Shown here in pieces: positions 41,371 to 51,476 of a stretch of DNA of 64,000 bases (position 1 is its first letter; the number at the start of each line of letters is the position of its first letter). The position numbers were made by a program, and so were the translations under genes. The stretch lies in the NCBI GenBank assembly GCA_031370005.1, contig JANMPT010000097.1:64001-128000 (forward strand), read 5' to 3'. This stretch comes from Bdellovibrionales bacterium (lineage in GTDB: Bacteria; Bdellovibrionota; Bdellovibrionia; Bdellovibrionales; Bdellovibrionaceae). The notes beneath the pieces are model-generated. The model searched no databases, was not told the DNA's origin, and worked only from the letters and a program-made list of their open reading frames with translations.

Positions 41371-42375
41371 CTAAATATGACCTTTAAATTTCTTTTGAAT
41401 GTGATTGAGATGCATTACTTTTTTAAGAGCTAAAAATGCAGGTTTGTTAAAAGGCTGTCCCATTGTATTTTCAATACAACTAATGGCTTGGTCAGGCGTT
41501 CTCTTATCACCCATTTTGTCGGGTTCATAAATAAGATCCACAAAGCAATCTGCTACGGCTACGATACGAGCAAGAGGATTTATTTTGATATCGCGAATAC
41601 GTCGAGGGTAACCAAGACCTAAAGCATTTTCATGATGTTCAAGCACAATAGATAAAACATCTGAGGGAATTTCTTTAATATCACGAAGGATCTCTACGCC
41701 CCGCAAAGTATGGGACTCATAGTAATTAACTTCAGCCTCAGTCCTATGCAAGCGAGGTTTATTCAGAATCTCCAAAGGAATCTCTTTGAGCCCAATATCA
41801 TGAACAAAGGCCCCCATAACAACCTTTGCCAAAGTACTCTTCATGGTTATATCCATCTGTTCACAGATCAAAAGAGACACCACTGAAGTTGCTAGGGAAT
41901 GGCTTACAAGGTCACCGGGCAACTTACTAAAGATATCTAAAAACTTATCAACATCCTTTATCTGAGTAACTGTCTCTTGAACAAAACCCACAATCTGCTT
42001 GCATCGGTCAAAGGACCCAACGTGAAGGTCTTTTTTATGAAGCTCAGAAATCGTCGACTCAGCAACACCTTTTAAAAGCTTCATTTTTAAAGTGTCACTA
42101 ACACCTTCATTCTTGAGAGTTTTTTCAATGAGATTTAAATTATAACTAACTAGATTTGAATAATCCACATCACGAACAAAAAGGGCTGCTTGCTTATCTT
42201 GCTGCATAAGATGAAGACTTGAAAGGTTGCCCGTATCGCCTTTTTTACCAACTAAAATGAACTGACCAGATGCAAGACGGGTAAAGACTTCAGCAGGTAA
42301 TGGAATTCCGTCAGTAAATAGCTCTTTACTAACTTGGACCATTTTCCTTTCATCAATTGACTCTGCCTGACTCAT
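41371..42375 (-). CDS. HD-GYP domain protein (cyclic dinucleotide phosphodiesterase-like) with atypical motifs
   Basis: HDIGL, HHENALGLGYP, ARIVAVAD. Start placed at ATG 42375; the track uses GTG 42381. Confidence 0.88.
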   Translation of the reverse strand: MSQAESIDERKMVQVSKELFTDGIPLPAEVFTRLASGQFILVGKKGDTGNLSSLHLMQQDKQAALFVRDVDYSNLVSYNLNLIEKTLKNEGVSDTLKMKLLKGVAESTISELHKKDLHVGSFDRCKQIVGFVQETVTQIKDVDKFLDIFSKLPGDLVSHSLATSVVSLLICEQMDITMKSTLAKVVMGAFVHDIGLKEIPLEILNKPRLHRTEAEVNYYESHTLRGVEILRDIKEIPSDVLSIVLEHHENALGLGYPRRIRDIKINPLARIVAVADCFVDLIYEPDKMGDKRTPDQAISCIENTMGQPFNKPAFLALKKVMHLNHIQKKFKGHI

Positions 42376-42381
42376 ATCCAC

Positions 42382-42409
42382 TTATCGGTCACTTATGAGA
42401 TTTGCTTCA
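42382..42409 (-). promoter_or_regulatory. Putative sigma28 promoter of the HD-GYP gene
   Basis: TGAAG-N15-ACCGATAA on the minus strand, 6 nt before ATG 42375. Confidence 0.5.
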
Positions 42410-42441
42410 TATTATTTTATGAACAGGAATCTCAAAGTGCT

Positions 42442-42458
42442 AATCTCAAAATGAGATT
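42442..42458. promoter_or_regulatory. Perfect palindrome AATCTCA-N3-TGAGATT, putative transcription-factor site
   Basis: Exact 7-3-7 inverted repeat; related copies at 674, 21288 and 31101. Confidence 0.5.
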
Positions 42459-42480
42459 TTTATACTCTTATAGATTAGGA

Positions 42481-43512
42481 CTAATCGACTTTGGCCGCAT
42501 TGTAAAATACCTTAATGCGACTTCCAGAGGGCTGAGAACTCCAATCGATTTTATCTCCAAGTAAAATGGCATTCTTTTTTGGATCAAAGGACCAACCACT
42601 ATGGTAGTCCTCCGGAAGATTAATACTTCCGTAGCTTACGCGAATACTGTTAAAATCAGGAGCTCGTGAAAGATAGATAATATTACCTACCTTATCCACA
42701 ATATCTTTGGCCATACTTGCCAAACGAGTCCCATAATCTGGATCACAAATATTCATTATATTATTTTTATTATTTGAAACCATGGATAAAAAACTCTCAA
42801 TACGTTTTGGTGTCGTACCATCTTCATCGCGCTGACATCTCATAGTGTCGATGGTAGGAACGATCACACCATAGGCAAGAATTTTAGCTGCATCATTTAG
42901 TTTTAAATTTAATAAAAACTTATAAAGCTCAGTAGCATTCACACGAACGCTTTGATCCTCTGCATCTGTAAGAAAAATAATCACCAAAGAAGCATCCGGG
43001 CGTAGGAAACCTGTATTCCAGCCATTAAGTAGTGGAGCTGAAAGCGCTGCCATCACTGGAGCAAAGCTAGCTTCCGTTGCAGAACCGTTTGTTCCAACAA
43101 GAAAATTATTTGCAAGAATTTGATCAGCTCCTGGAGTGTTTTTATTTACCACCCGAGAGCTTCCAATTAATTGACCACAACAAGGCAGAGAGTTACCCCA
43201 TGAATTGCCATCCATATCTGTGGTAACGATTCCGATATTGTAATCAAGGACTGAAGATTTTGTAAAAGTTGAAGTGAACTTTGCAACATTTGTCGCCAAA
43301 TTCCGTTGATGATTTGACATACTTCCAGAGTTATCAACAACAAACAATATATCCACTTTTGGATCAAAGACTTCTGTATTATCTTGAATTACCTTTTCAT
43401 CTGGAAGAACTGATTTAATATAAGCTTTAGGATTTTCTGGAGAGCAGGAAGCAACTCCAAGAGCTAATAAGCCAAAAACTAAGACATTTTTATAATTCAC
43501 GACAACCCCCAT
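42481..43512 (-). CDS. VWA-domain lipoprotein, CglB-like gliding adhesin; start may be GTG 43500
   Basis: Lipobox GVASC, MIDAS motif VDNSGSM, LTDAED, several Cys; last gene of the Agl-Glt cluster. Confidence 0.8.
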   Translation of the reverse strand: MGVVVNYKNVLVFGLLALGVASCSPENPKAYIKSVLPDEKVIQDNTEVFDPKVDILFVVDNSGSMSNHQRNLATNVAKFTSTFTKSSVLDYNIGIVTTDMDGNSWGNSLPCCGQLIGSSRVVNKNTPGADQILANNFLVGTNGSATEASFAPVMAALSAPLLNGWNTGFLRPDASLVIIFLTDAEDQSVRVNATELYKFLLNLKLNDAAKILAYGVIVPTIDTMRCQRDEDGTTPKRIESFLSMVSNNKNNIMNICDPDYGTRLASMAKDIVDKVGNIIYLSRAPDFNSIRVSYGSINLPEDYHSGWSFDPKKNAILLGDKIDWSSQPSGSRIKVFYNAAKVD

Positions 43513-43518
43513 CGATGA

Positions 43519-45123
43519 CTATCTTTTAACCGTGCAAGCTTTTTTAACATCAACACGATAGTTACTGAGCTCATCAAACCAAACCTCATCTTCAGCAGGA
43601 AACTTCATAATATCGGCGGTGCCCTTATAGCCTGTAACACCTTTTTTCTCGTCATTCCCCTTCGCATTCTTAGCTATTTTATCCGCTAAAGAAACTTGCT
43701 GAATAACTTCGGCCTCAACTATCTGCAGTTTGCGAAGAATCTCTTTGGTTTCAAAGACCTCTTCTTTTGCCAACTCTTTTACTCGTGAATATGCTGCTGC
43801 TTTAGCCATCTGGGAACGTTGAAGAGTATTTTGCTTCAACTTTTCAAAGCTTCCTTGAAGACCCGTCAACGCCAAAGACTTTGCGTAGAGAACTTCAGCT
43901 ACTTGTGCTTCATCCTCAAGATGTTTCTGAGCTTGCGCGAATTGATATAGTCTATCGTCATGAGCAAATCTACGTGGAAGGCCCTGACCAGACCTTCCAA
44001 GATCTTGAACTTGAATCTTCTTTACTTTTAAAAGTGCAATACCTTTATCAACGTCTTGAGTCGCAGGTGTTGAAGAAATAGCTTCAAGATTTTTAGTCCT
44101 ATCTTTAAAGCGCTTTGGGAAAATTCGGAGGGTATCAATAACTCCAGTGTAGTCACAAACTTTCAACTGAGAAAGTGACCTTACAAAAAAGGCCTCGGGA
44201 CTAACTTGAAAATTTAAACTTGAAGATACTAAAGACTGACTAACTGCCATCGCATTGTTTGGCTCACCCTTACGGATATAGGCCCAGCCCATTTCTTCTT
44301 GTGCTTCAGTCCAATAATCTGAGCCCTTAGAGACTTTTTCATAGTACTTTACAGCAGCATCAAAATAGCCATTTTGAAAAAGCAACCTAGCCGCCGTGAT
44401 CTGCATCAGGTCTTTGCTAACAGGGGAAAAGGAAGATTTCATCAAAGTTGCTAAAAGTTTTGCAGCACGATCTGCTTGATCATTTAAAGAGTAGGCAATT
44501 ACCAACTGCCAGTCGATCAGATTTTTTTCTTTGCTATTTGCTAAAGCCGAGGACGACAATTTTTGCAATTGATCAATGTTTTTTGGAGAAGCCAAAGCCT
44601 CTGCAGTTTTAATATTAATTTCAAGGGTATCACCAAAAACAATTTCCCAAGCCTTATGCCATTCAACTTGCGCAAGACTCCATACAAAGTGATTTGGAGG
44701 AGCTATTTTCTGCCACTCTTCACGAAGGACTTGGTTAATTTCTTTTGGATTTGATGCCATAAACAGAGTCTGAACTCCAGACACTGGAAGTCCGGCTTGG
44801 AACTGAACGTAGCCAAATAAAGCTCTACCATTCGGCGACTTTTGGAAGGCCGTACCTTCAAATGCATTTGGGAACTGTAAAGTTGCTTTTTCCCAATCTG
44901 CTGCCTCCATATACCTTAAGAAAATGTTTTTCTCAGTGTTCGGCGTCCCCATGAGCCTTTTCATTGCCTGCGCTAAAGGAGTTGTTTTCTCTGCATTAGC
45001 TGAAATTTTAGGGGCTTTTGTTGCCTTTGATCCCTCATCTAAGATGCTCTCTAGATCTCCAGCCCTAGCTATAGAAATCAAAGGCAATGAAAGGCATATA
45101 AATACAAGCTGTTTCATTTTCAT
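43519..45123 (-). CDS. Periplasmic TPR protein, GltC-like
   Basis: Signal peptide, TPR-like helices, C-terminal FPAEDEVWFDELSNY...KAC reminiscent of GltC; ATGA overlap with the upstream gene. Confidence 0.72.
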   Translation of the reverse strand: MKMKQLVFICLSLPLISIARAGDLESILDEGSKATKAPKISANAEKTTPLAQAMKRLMGTPNTEKNIFLRYMEAADWEKATLQFPNAFEGTAFQKSPNGRALFGYVQFQAGLPVSGVQTLFMASNPKEINQVLREEWQKIAPPNHFVWSLAQVEWHKAWEIVFGDTLEINIKTAEALASPKNIDQLQKLSSSALANSKEKNLIDWQLVIAYSLNDQADRAAKLLATLMKSSFSPVSKDLMQITAARLLFQNGYFDAAVKYYEKVSKGSDYWTEAQEEMGWAYIRKGEPNNAMAVSQSLVSSSLNFQVSPEAFFVRSLSQLKVCDYTGVIDTLRIFPKRFKDRTKNLEAISSTPATQDVDKGIALLKVKKIQVQDLGRSGQGLPRRFAHDDRLYQFAQAQKHLEDEAQVAEVLYAKSLALTGLQGSFEKLKQNTLQRSQMAKAAAYSRVKELAKEEVFETKEILRKLQIVEAEVIQQVSLADKIAKNAKGNDEKKGVTGYKGTADIMKFPAEDEVWFDELSNYRVDVKKACTVKR

Positions 45124-45854
45124 AGAAGCCATCCAATTTGCATTGAGGCCACAGCCAGATCCATGTTTTTTTCAACCTCAAAGTATTTTGCAGTGTAGTT
45201 TTGATAACGCATTTCTATTCTAGTTGAAAAATGCTGATTAATCCAAAAGCCAAGTCCGCCTCCTGCCGTATAAGTCGGAGTATCTCCAGAAGACAGTACC
45301 ATTTGTCCATAGCCGCCCAAAAAATAAAAATCAAAGTGAGCAATGCTTTTGTCAAACAAGTTCATTTTCCCGTAAATTGGAGAGTAATTGAACAAGGCCA
45401 TTGTCTCAGATTTTTGATAATCCAGCTGTGGATAGCCAATCGTTGGATTTGCTGGGTTTTTTTGATATTGCTCGTAAGCTTGATTTGCCAGAGCCTCACC
45501 CTCAGGAGTCATTGAATTAAAAGAATAGTTGTACTTAGCACCAATGGCCCAGTGTGGATTAAAATGATAAAAAGCATTGATACCAATACTTTTAGTCCGA
45601 GTGTAGGTATCCCCACCAAATGTCCCTGAAAACTCCGGAGCAATTTCAATACGCTTTTCTAGAGAAACTGTTCTGTTTTGCACTATGCTTACGCTTTTTT
45701 CAGGTTGCAGAGCTTTTGCCTTATCTAAAAATATTTTATTACCACCAAGAGAATCAAACTCAGCATCGGTGCTATCTGTTTTTTGAATTTCTTGATTTGC
45801 CGCCATTGCAGAAATAGCAAACATAAGTATTAAAGCTGAAATAATTTGTTTCAT
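45120..45854 (-). CDS. Outer-membrane beta-barrel, GltA/B/H-like
   Basis: Signal peptide, IVQNR, PIYGKMNLF, HFDFY, amphipathic strands. Confidence 0.8.
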   Translation of the reverse strand: MKQIISALILMFAISAMAANQEIQKTDSTDAEFDSLGGNKIFLDKAKALQPEKSVSIVQNRTVSLEKRIEIAPEFSGTFGGDTYTRTKSIGINAFYHFNPHWAIGAKYNYSFNSMTPEGEALANQAYEQYQKNPANPTIGYPQLDYQKSETMALFNYSPIYGKMNLFDKSIAHFDFYFLGGYGQMVLSSGDTPTYTAGGGLGFWINQHFSTRIEMRYQNYTAKYFEVEKNMDLAVASMQIGWLL

Positions 45855-47068
45855 TATTTATCTCCTTGAAGAACCAAAGGGCTTACTGGAGGAGCAGTGA
45901 TCACTCTCATTTTTAAATCGAAATTAACATTTTTGATAAAAGTATCTTGTGAATCTTGATTTTTTGCAGAAACCAGAACTTTCGCAGTATAATCACCAGC
46001 TGATACAGTGAAATCTGGAGTCCAAGTAAAAGTACAGTACTGACGAGTCACACCCAAGCTATTACATGTAATCGTTGCTCCATTAGGCAGGCCCGAAAAA
46101 CTTGGACTTGAAATGAAAAGTTCTTCTTTAGGATCAAAAAGCAAAAATTGGAATTCTTTTTTAATTCCAATGGGAACTTCGATTGTATCAAGCCAAGTTG
46201 TTTGAATATCCGCAAAAGAAGTTAGAACATTTACAAAAACATCCTGACCTGCACTGACTTGTTGGAAGCGAGAGACTGCTTTTAATTTAAAGCCAAAACG
46301 ATCGCGAGACTTCGTTAACTCCGCACCCGAAAGATCCACGGTTATAGTGATTACAAACTCGTTATTGCCTGTTGCCAATACCTGAGTGATGGTTACAAAT
46401 TGGGAAAGGTTTGCATAGCCAGTAATTGGAAAAATCTGAAGGTTAGGAAACGTTTTTACATCATTTGCGGCGTCCCTATCGCGCACTTTTACTGTGAAAG
46501 TTGTTGTCTCGCCCTCACGGAGGTTAGCAGAATTTCTAGAGACCGAAAAAATCTCAGGAACATTCAAAACCTTTCCTACGCTAGCTTTAATCGTGCGATG
46601 ACCTACAATTACTTTAGAATTAGGTTTATTTCCAGTTACCAAAACTTTGATATCTTTTTTCTCTTCAAAGCCATTGTTGCCGCTCACAGTTCCAAGGGGC
46701 GGAGTCCATGTGAATTTTGCTGTTAGCAAACGATTTATTTGGTCATAACTAACCACCGTAAAATTTGCACCAGGAAAGTCACTGATGTTCTCTACAGACA
46801 TTGTCGGCACATAGTCGTTTACTAAAATACGAGCAGTGATAGAAACCTCTCCAATCGTTCCTTCGCGAAAAGAATAGAGGTCTACTGCATCAACAATCAC
46901 GCTATTGCTATCAATAGGCTTTGGGGCTTCTGGTATTGTTGGTTTTTCCTGGCCTGCTTTCAAAACAGAATTTTTATCTGCCAATGGATCTTGATTCCAT
47001 TGGGAAGCACATCCACTAAGAGCCCCAATTACTAAAATTGCACTTAAAAAATATATAATGTTTTTCAT
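45854..47068 (-). CDS. Lipoprotein with repeated beta-rich (Ig/cadherin-like) modules
   Basis: Lipobox LSGC; repeated FTWTP and REG motifs. Confidence 0.75.
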   Translation of the reverse strand: MKNIIYFLSAILVIGALSGCASQWNQDPLADKNSVLKAGQEKPTIPEAPKPIDSNSVIVDAVDLYSFREGTIGEVSITARILVNDYVPTMSVENISDFPGANFTVVSYDQINRLLTAKFTWTPPLGTVSGNNGFEEKKDIKVLVTGNKPNSKVIVGHRTIKASVGKVLNVPEIFSVSRNSANLREGETTTFTVKVRDRDAANDVKTFPNLQIFPITGYANLSQFVTITQVLATGNNEFVITITVDLSGAELTKSRDRFGFKLKAVSRFQQVSAGQDVFVNVLTSFADIQTTWLDTIEVPIGIKKEFQFLLFDPKEELFISSPSFSGLPNGATITCNSLGVTRQYCTFTWTPDFTVSAGDYTAKVLVSAKNQDSQDTFIKNVNFDLKMRVITAPPVSPLVLQGDK

Positions 47069-47069
47069 A

Positions 47070-48203
47070 TTACCCCTGACCTGCCCTTCTTAATACAAAT
47101 GGATACGATACTTTTACATCCACTCCACCTTGCGGAAGAGGAAACTGCCAAGTCTTAAGTCTCATTACAATACAGTCTTCAATTGCTTTTGAATTCATAG
47201 TTGAATTATCAACGTTGGCTACTTTAACAGCACCATTGCCGCCAATGACAAAAGCAACGGCAACTCGACCATTCAAGTTTGGATCACTTTGCAGTCCCTG
47301 TTCATAGCAGAAACGCACCTGACCTAAATTTTTATTAATAACAGCTGCAATTTGATCACGATCCAAACCTGAGGCCACACTTGCCTCTTGAGATAGAGCC
47401 ATAGAACTAGTGCCCGCGGAGCCAATCAAGCTTAGCTTACCGTAACCAGCATGACCACCACCTTTGCCCTTTGTTCCGTAGCCGCCAGCGCCTTGAATAT
47501 GACCACCAACACCAACTGGAGCCGCGACAACACCTTTAGCATAGAGTGATGTTTGAACACCACCACTACCTTGTGTTCCACCAAGACCAGGTCCCGCACT
47601 TGTATTGACGGCACCGAGATCTACACCACCTTTTTGCTTACCTTTTGAAAGACTACCAAGCACAGCCAAAGCACCCATACGTTTTAAGGTCGTGGTCGTT
47701 TTGGCAACAGTTTTAGCTGGAGTGATCTCTTGTTTTTGCTCAGTCACAGTTTTTAATTCCACTTTTGGTTTTGGTGGAATATTTTTAATGATTTTCACGA
47801 CCTCTTGTCTGAGGTTTTGCTCCATTTTATCTGTCATTGTAGGAAGAGTGCGAATATAGGTCATGAAAAGAGTCGCCAGGACTAGCATACTAAAAAGAAT
47901 CAGATACCAGCGGCGTTCACTTTCATTCTCGCGAGTTTTATCTCTCAAAGTTTCGCCAACTTCTTCGACCAATTTCAAATGTCCAAGTTTACCAACCAAG
48001 AAAGGCGTATTTTCTAAACCTTGCTTACTAACTTGACCTAACAACTCGAAAGGAATCTTCTTTTTAGAAAGATGATCCGTATTTTCAACTACCTCAAGAC
48101 GATGGGTGTCTCCGCGACGAATAACTTCCCCTGTCATTCCGCTCCAGTTGAACGCTCTCAGAACCGTTCCGTTATAATCCTCTAAAACTAGTCGCTTATC
48201 CAT
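47070..48203 (-). CDS. GltG/AgmX-PglI-like TonB-type energy transducer
   Basis: Single TM, Gly-rich linker, C-terminal domain VRFCYEQGL...GRVAVAFVIG...WQFPLP...VSYPF. Confidence 0.85.
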   Translation of the reverse strand: MDKRLVLEDYNGTVLRAFNWSGMTGEVIRRGDTHRLEVVENTDHLSKKKIPFELLGQVSKQGLENTPFLVGKLGHLKLVEEVGETLRDKTRENESERRWYLILFSMLVLATLFMTYIRTLPTMTDKMEQNLRQEVVKIIKNIPPKPKVELKTVTEQKQEITPAKTVAKTTTTLKRMGALAVLGSLSKGKQKGGVDLGAVNTSAGPGLGGTQGSGGVQTSLYAKGVVAAPVGVGGHIQGAGGYGTKGKGGGHAGYGKLSLIGSAGTSSMALSQEASVASGLDRDQIAAVINKNLGQVRFCYEQGLQSDPNLNGRVAVAFVIGGNGAVKVANVDNSTMNSKAIEDCIVMRLKTWQFPLPQGGVDVKVSYPFVLRRAGQG

Positions 48204-48205
48204 TT

Positions 48206-48472
48206 TTAGTAACTTCCTGTAGAGCTTTTTAAACGATCTTTAAAATCAGAACGAACGCCAATTAAAGAATCCAAAACCTTGTCTTCTTCAACTGTTGTCA
48301 CTGCTTCATCCGAAAAGTGATATTTACCTTGAACTAATAAGTCCTCGAAATTATGGCTTGTAGACTCTGAATTATGTTGCTCTGGTAAGCCCGAGTTCAG
48401 AGGTTTTTCTTTTGATGGAGTGGCCATAGCTACCGTGCTTAATAAAGAAAGAATTAAAATTAGAGATTTCAT
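48206..48472 (-). CDS. Small secreted GltF/CglF-like protein
   Basis: Signal peptide, NFEDLLVQG, SLIGVRSDFKDRL. Confidence 0.7.
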   Translation of the reverse strand: MKSLILILSLLSTVAMATPSKEKPLNSGLPEQHNSESTSHNFEDLLVQGKYHFSDEAVTTVEEDKVLDSLIGVRSDFKDRLKSSTGSY

Positions 48473-51447
48473 AGAACCCCCCTCTCAGAAGATTTCGCTA
48501 AATTTTCAATACGTGTTTGCAGATACTGAGTCATCGCGGAGTTTTCAGATTTCTTTTCAAGATCCAAGAGCCCTTGCAGTGCGAGTTTATCAAAAGGATT
48601 TTGATGAACAAGATTTCTTGCCGCCTGGATCTCTTTCAAACTAGGCCTAGCTACAGCCGCGCTGATATCCCTTTTGTTAGAAGTGAGATCGGTCAAAACA
48701 GCTTGGTACTCCTGGGGAGCTATTTCACGAAGAGCATTCACTTCAGTTACAATCACACTGCGAAGCTCTGTTTGCTGCCAAGAAGCCTTCAAGGACGTCT
48801 GCCAGTTTAAGCTTTTCCAGAATTGCTCTACTTTTGCTTTTGCCTCCACTGACTTAGCTTGGAAGGGCGTTGCTTGAGCTGATAAGAGCTGCATGTATTG
48901 TTGCTGCTCTTCATCTGAAAGACCTTTTGGCATCGGAGCTGATAAAATTTCAGAGTAAAAACGTTCACTCTCCTTAGCAAGAGTATCAAGGCTGACAAGC
49001 TGAGAGGTCCAATCACTTGCATCAATAGCGATTTTTGCAAATCCCTCTAACTTTTCAAGAAGAGCAACCCTTGCCTTCATAGAATTGGCAAGTTTACGAT
49101 CATTTTTTGTATCAAGTTTGTGTTCCACTAATTTTTTCTTAAAACCACTGAAGTCTTTTAAGAAAGAAATGCGAGTCAGAAGTTTACCAGAATCAGTTGT
49201 TTTCATTCCAGGATCCTTAGTAACTTTTTTTAGGATCACATCACTTGATGTCTTGGCAAAGACCTCTGTATAAAGCTGGGCCATCAACTGAGGGTACTTT
49301 GCAAGGATTGGATGATACAATTCAATTTCTTTTTCTGGGGACTTTGACTTTCTCACAAGCTCTGCAGCAACAAGTTTTTTATTTTCTTCATCATTAGAAG
49401 CTTGCAAGTACTGACCGTAATAAACTGAGCTCTTCTGACCAGAAAGCTCAGCGAACATTGCAAGTTTTAGCATCTTTTCATCCGGCTTAAGACTTTTTTT
49501 CAACTTATCTGTTGCCAATAAGGCTGCTGAAAAATCAAGAGTCATCTCAGCCATATAGGCCTTACGAGACCACGCGTACTCAGAATCCTCAACACTCAAT
49601 CCTGGTTGTTCCAATAAAGCATTTGCTGCAGATTGAGCATCTGTGAACTTATTTAGCTTTTCAGCCAAAATTAGTTTGTTTTTATAATACTTAATTCTAT
49701 CTTCAGTACTAGCCTGCGAAGGATTGAACTTTCCCAGCTCAATATATGCCTCCATTGAGTCCTTACCAGCCACGTTCGCAGACTTCGTAAGAATCGCTTT
49801 TTGTACCATTTCTGAGAATTCTTTCGACCCTTCAGTCAATACCTGAGCATACTCCCCTGCCCAAGTACTAATTAAAGACTCATCCTTCATAAGGACAAGC
49901 GCATCCAAAGACAAATCAGCTGCCTGCTTACGAATTTTCTCATTTGCTTTTTTCTCAAGCGCTAATGCTCTTAACTCTTGAGATGCAGGTCCATATTTGG
50001 CCTGTTCATACATATGCCGTGCCTTTTGATATCGGACTTCAAAGACTTTGGTCTTCTTTACACTTTGAGAAAGGTAAAAATCATAAGCTTGAGTTTCAAA
50101 CTGTTCATTCTTAGACTCCTCAGAAAGATCTAGCATAGAAACAAGAATAGTTTCCAGCTTATCAGGAGCCTTTGGGTCTGCAGTCATATCTTTTAACTGA
50201 ATTTCTCGTGCTCTGTTATAAAAAGTCCAAGCTACATTCCAATTTTTTATCTCTTTCGCGTTGTTTGCAGCGTACAGATTCATATCCGAATCATCAGGAA
50301 AGTTTATAAGATAAACTTGATAAGCAGCCAAAAGCTCTATCGTTGGTGACTTCTTTTCTAGCTGATTCCATGAAACTATAAACTGGCGAGAACGTCGACG
50401 AAGCTCATCGCATTGATTACTTTGACAAGACTTAAGGTCCTTCCATAAGTTCATTGCAGCTTCAAAGCTCTCAGAACTTTCTTTTCTGTTTCCAGAATCA
50501 AAATATAGCTGAGCCATAGAAATCTTCGCCGCCAAACGATCCTCAGGCTTACTCATATATCCAAATATAAAAGTCCACACCTTCAGAGCATCTGTTTTTT
50601 TGCCGATCCTCTCTAAATCAAGCGCAAGACTTTTTACATTTTGTACGCGGATTTTTTCGGGGCTAAGTTGAAATAAACTTTCAATATCTTTGCTATCGAT
50701 GCTCTTTTTAGCAAGGAATGTAGCATAGTCGCGACTAACTTCTTCTTGAAACTGTGGATCGACCTGAACTTGCGAGGAACCACTGCGGGTTAACAACGCA
50801 GGAGTTCTAAGAACTTGTTCCATTTGCTTAATTGAATTATTGACATCACCCAAGTTAAAAGCGCACCAGGCACTGCGATAAGCAGCAAGCCCACGAGATC
50901 CCGCAAGTGTATTTTTTAAAACATCTTGATAAAAACTTTGAGCTTTTGCAAAATCACGACGTTTAAAATAAATCTCGGCCAAAGAAAATTGAGCGTCTGC
51001 TTTTAGTTCGGATTTTAGATCAGGTCCTACATTTTGGAGAATTTTATTATAAAAACCGATGGCTTTCGCCTCATCCCCAGTCAGTTGATATAAATGACCC
51101 ACTTGAACCATGACTTTACCCTGGACAGCTTCTGGGGCCCGATCCAAAACCTCAGTATAAAGTCGAAGTGCTTTTTTACGATCCGCGTCTCCGGCTTTAC
51201 AAATTGTACAGCCTTGATCAAGCTCTTTCATTGACTCCATACGAGCACGCTCTGCGTACAAATCAGCAAGTCGCAAGGTCACTGCAACCTTTGATGAATC
51301 CTTAGGAGCCAAGTGTTGATAGACACTCCCCAACTTATCAATCAATAAGCTGCGGTTACTATCATCCATTTGGGCATGAGCATAACCAAATGGAATCAAA
51401 ACACTACTTAGAGTTAAACTTAGAAATACAAAAACCTTCTTCAACAT
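48469..51447 (-). CDS. Large periplasmic TPR protein, GltD/AgmU-like
   Basis: Signal peptide, TLRLADLYAERAR, many TPRs (AQFSLAEIYF, AAYRSAWC). Confidence 0.8.
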   Translation of the reverse strand: MLKKVFVFLSLTLSSVLIPFGYAHAQMDDSNRSLLIDKLGSVYQHLAPKDSSKVAVTLRLADLYAERARMESMKELDQGCTICKAGDADRKKALRLYTEVLDRAPEAVQGKVMVQVGHLYQLTGDEAKAIGFYNKILQNVGPDLKSELKADAQFSLAEIYFKRRDFAKAQSFYQDVLKNTLAGSRGLAAYRSAWCAFNLGDVNNSIKQMEQVLRTPALLTRSGSSQVQVDPQFQEEVSRDYATFLAKKSIDSKDIESLFQLSPEKIRVQNVKSLALDLERIGKKTDALKVWTFIFGYMSKPEDRLAAKISMAQLYFDSGNRKESSESFEAAMNLWKDLKSCQSNQCDELRRRSRQFIVSWNQLEKKSPTIELLAAYQVYLINFPDDSDMNLYAANNAKEIKNWNVAWTFYNRAREIQLKDMTADPKAPDKLETILVSMLDLSEESKNEQFETQAYDFYLSQSVKKTKVFEVRYQKARHMYEQAKYGPASQELRALALEKKANEKIRKQAADLSLDALVLMKDESLISTWAGEYAQVLTEGSKEFSEMVQKAILTKSANVAGKDSMEAYIELGKFNPSQASTEDRIKYYKNKLILAEKLNKFTDAQSAANALLEQPGLSVEDSEYAWSRKAYMAEMTLDFSAALLATDKLKKSLKPDEKMLKLAMFAELSGQKSSVYYGQYLQASNDEENKKLVAAELVRKSKSPEKEIELYHPILAKYPQLMAQLYTEVFAKTSSDVILKKVTKDPGMKTTDSGKLLTRISFLKDFSGFKKKLVEHKLDTKNDRKLANSMKARVALLEKLEGFAKIAIDASDWTSQLVSLDTLAKESERFYSEILSAPMPKGLSDEEQQQYMQLLSAQATPFQAKSVEAKAKVEQFWKSLNWQTSLKASWQQTELRSVIVTEVNALREIAPQEYQAVLTDLTSNKRDISAAVARPSLKEIQAARNLVHQNPFDKLALQGLLDLEKKSENSAMTQYLQTRIENLAKSSERGVL

Positions 51448-51476
51448 AAGTAATCCTTACTTAAGCATTGTAGTCT

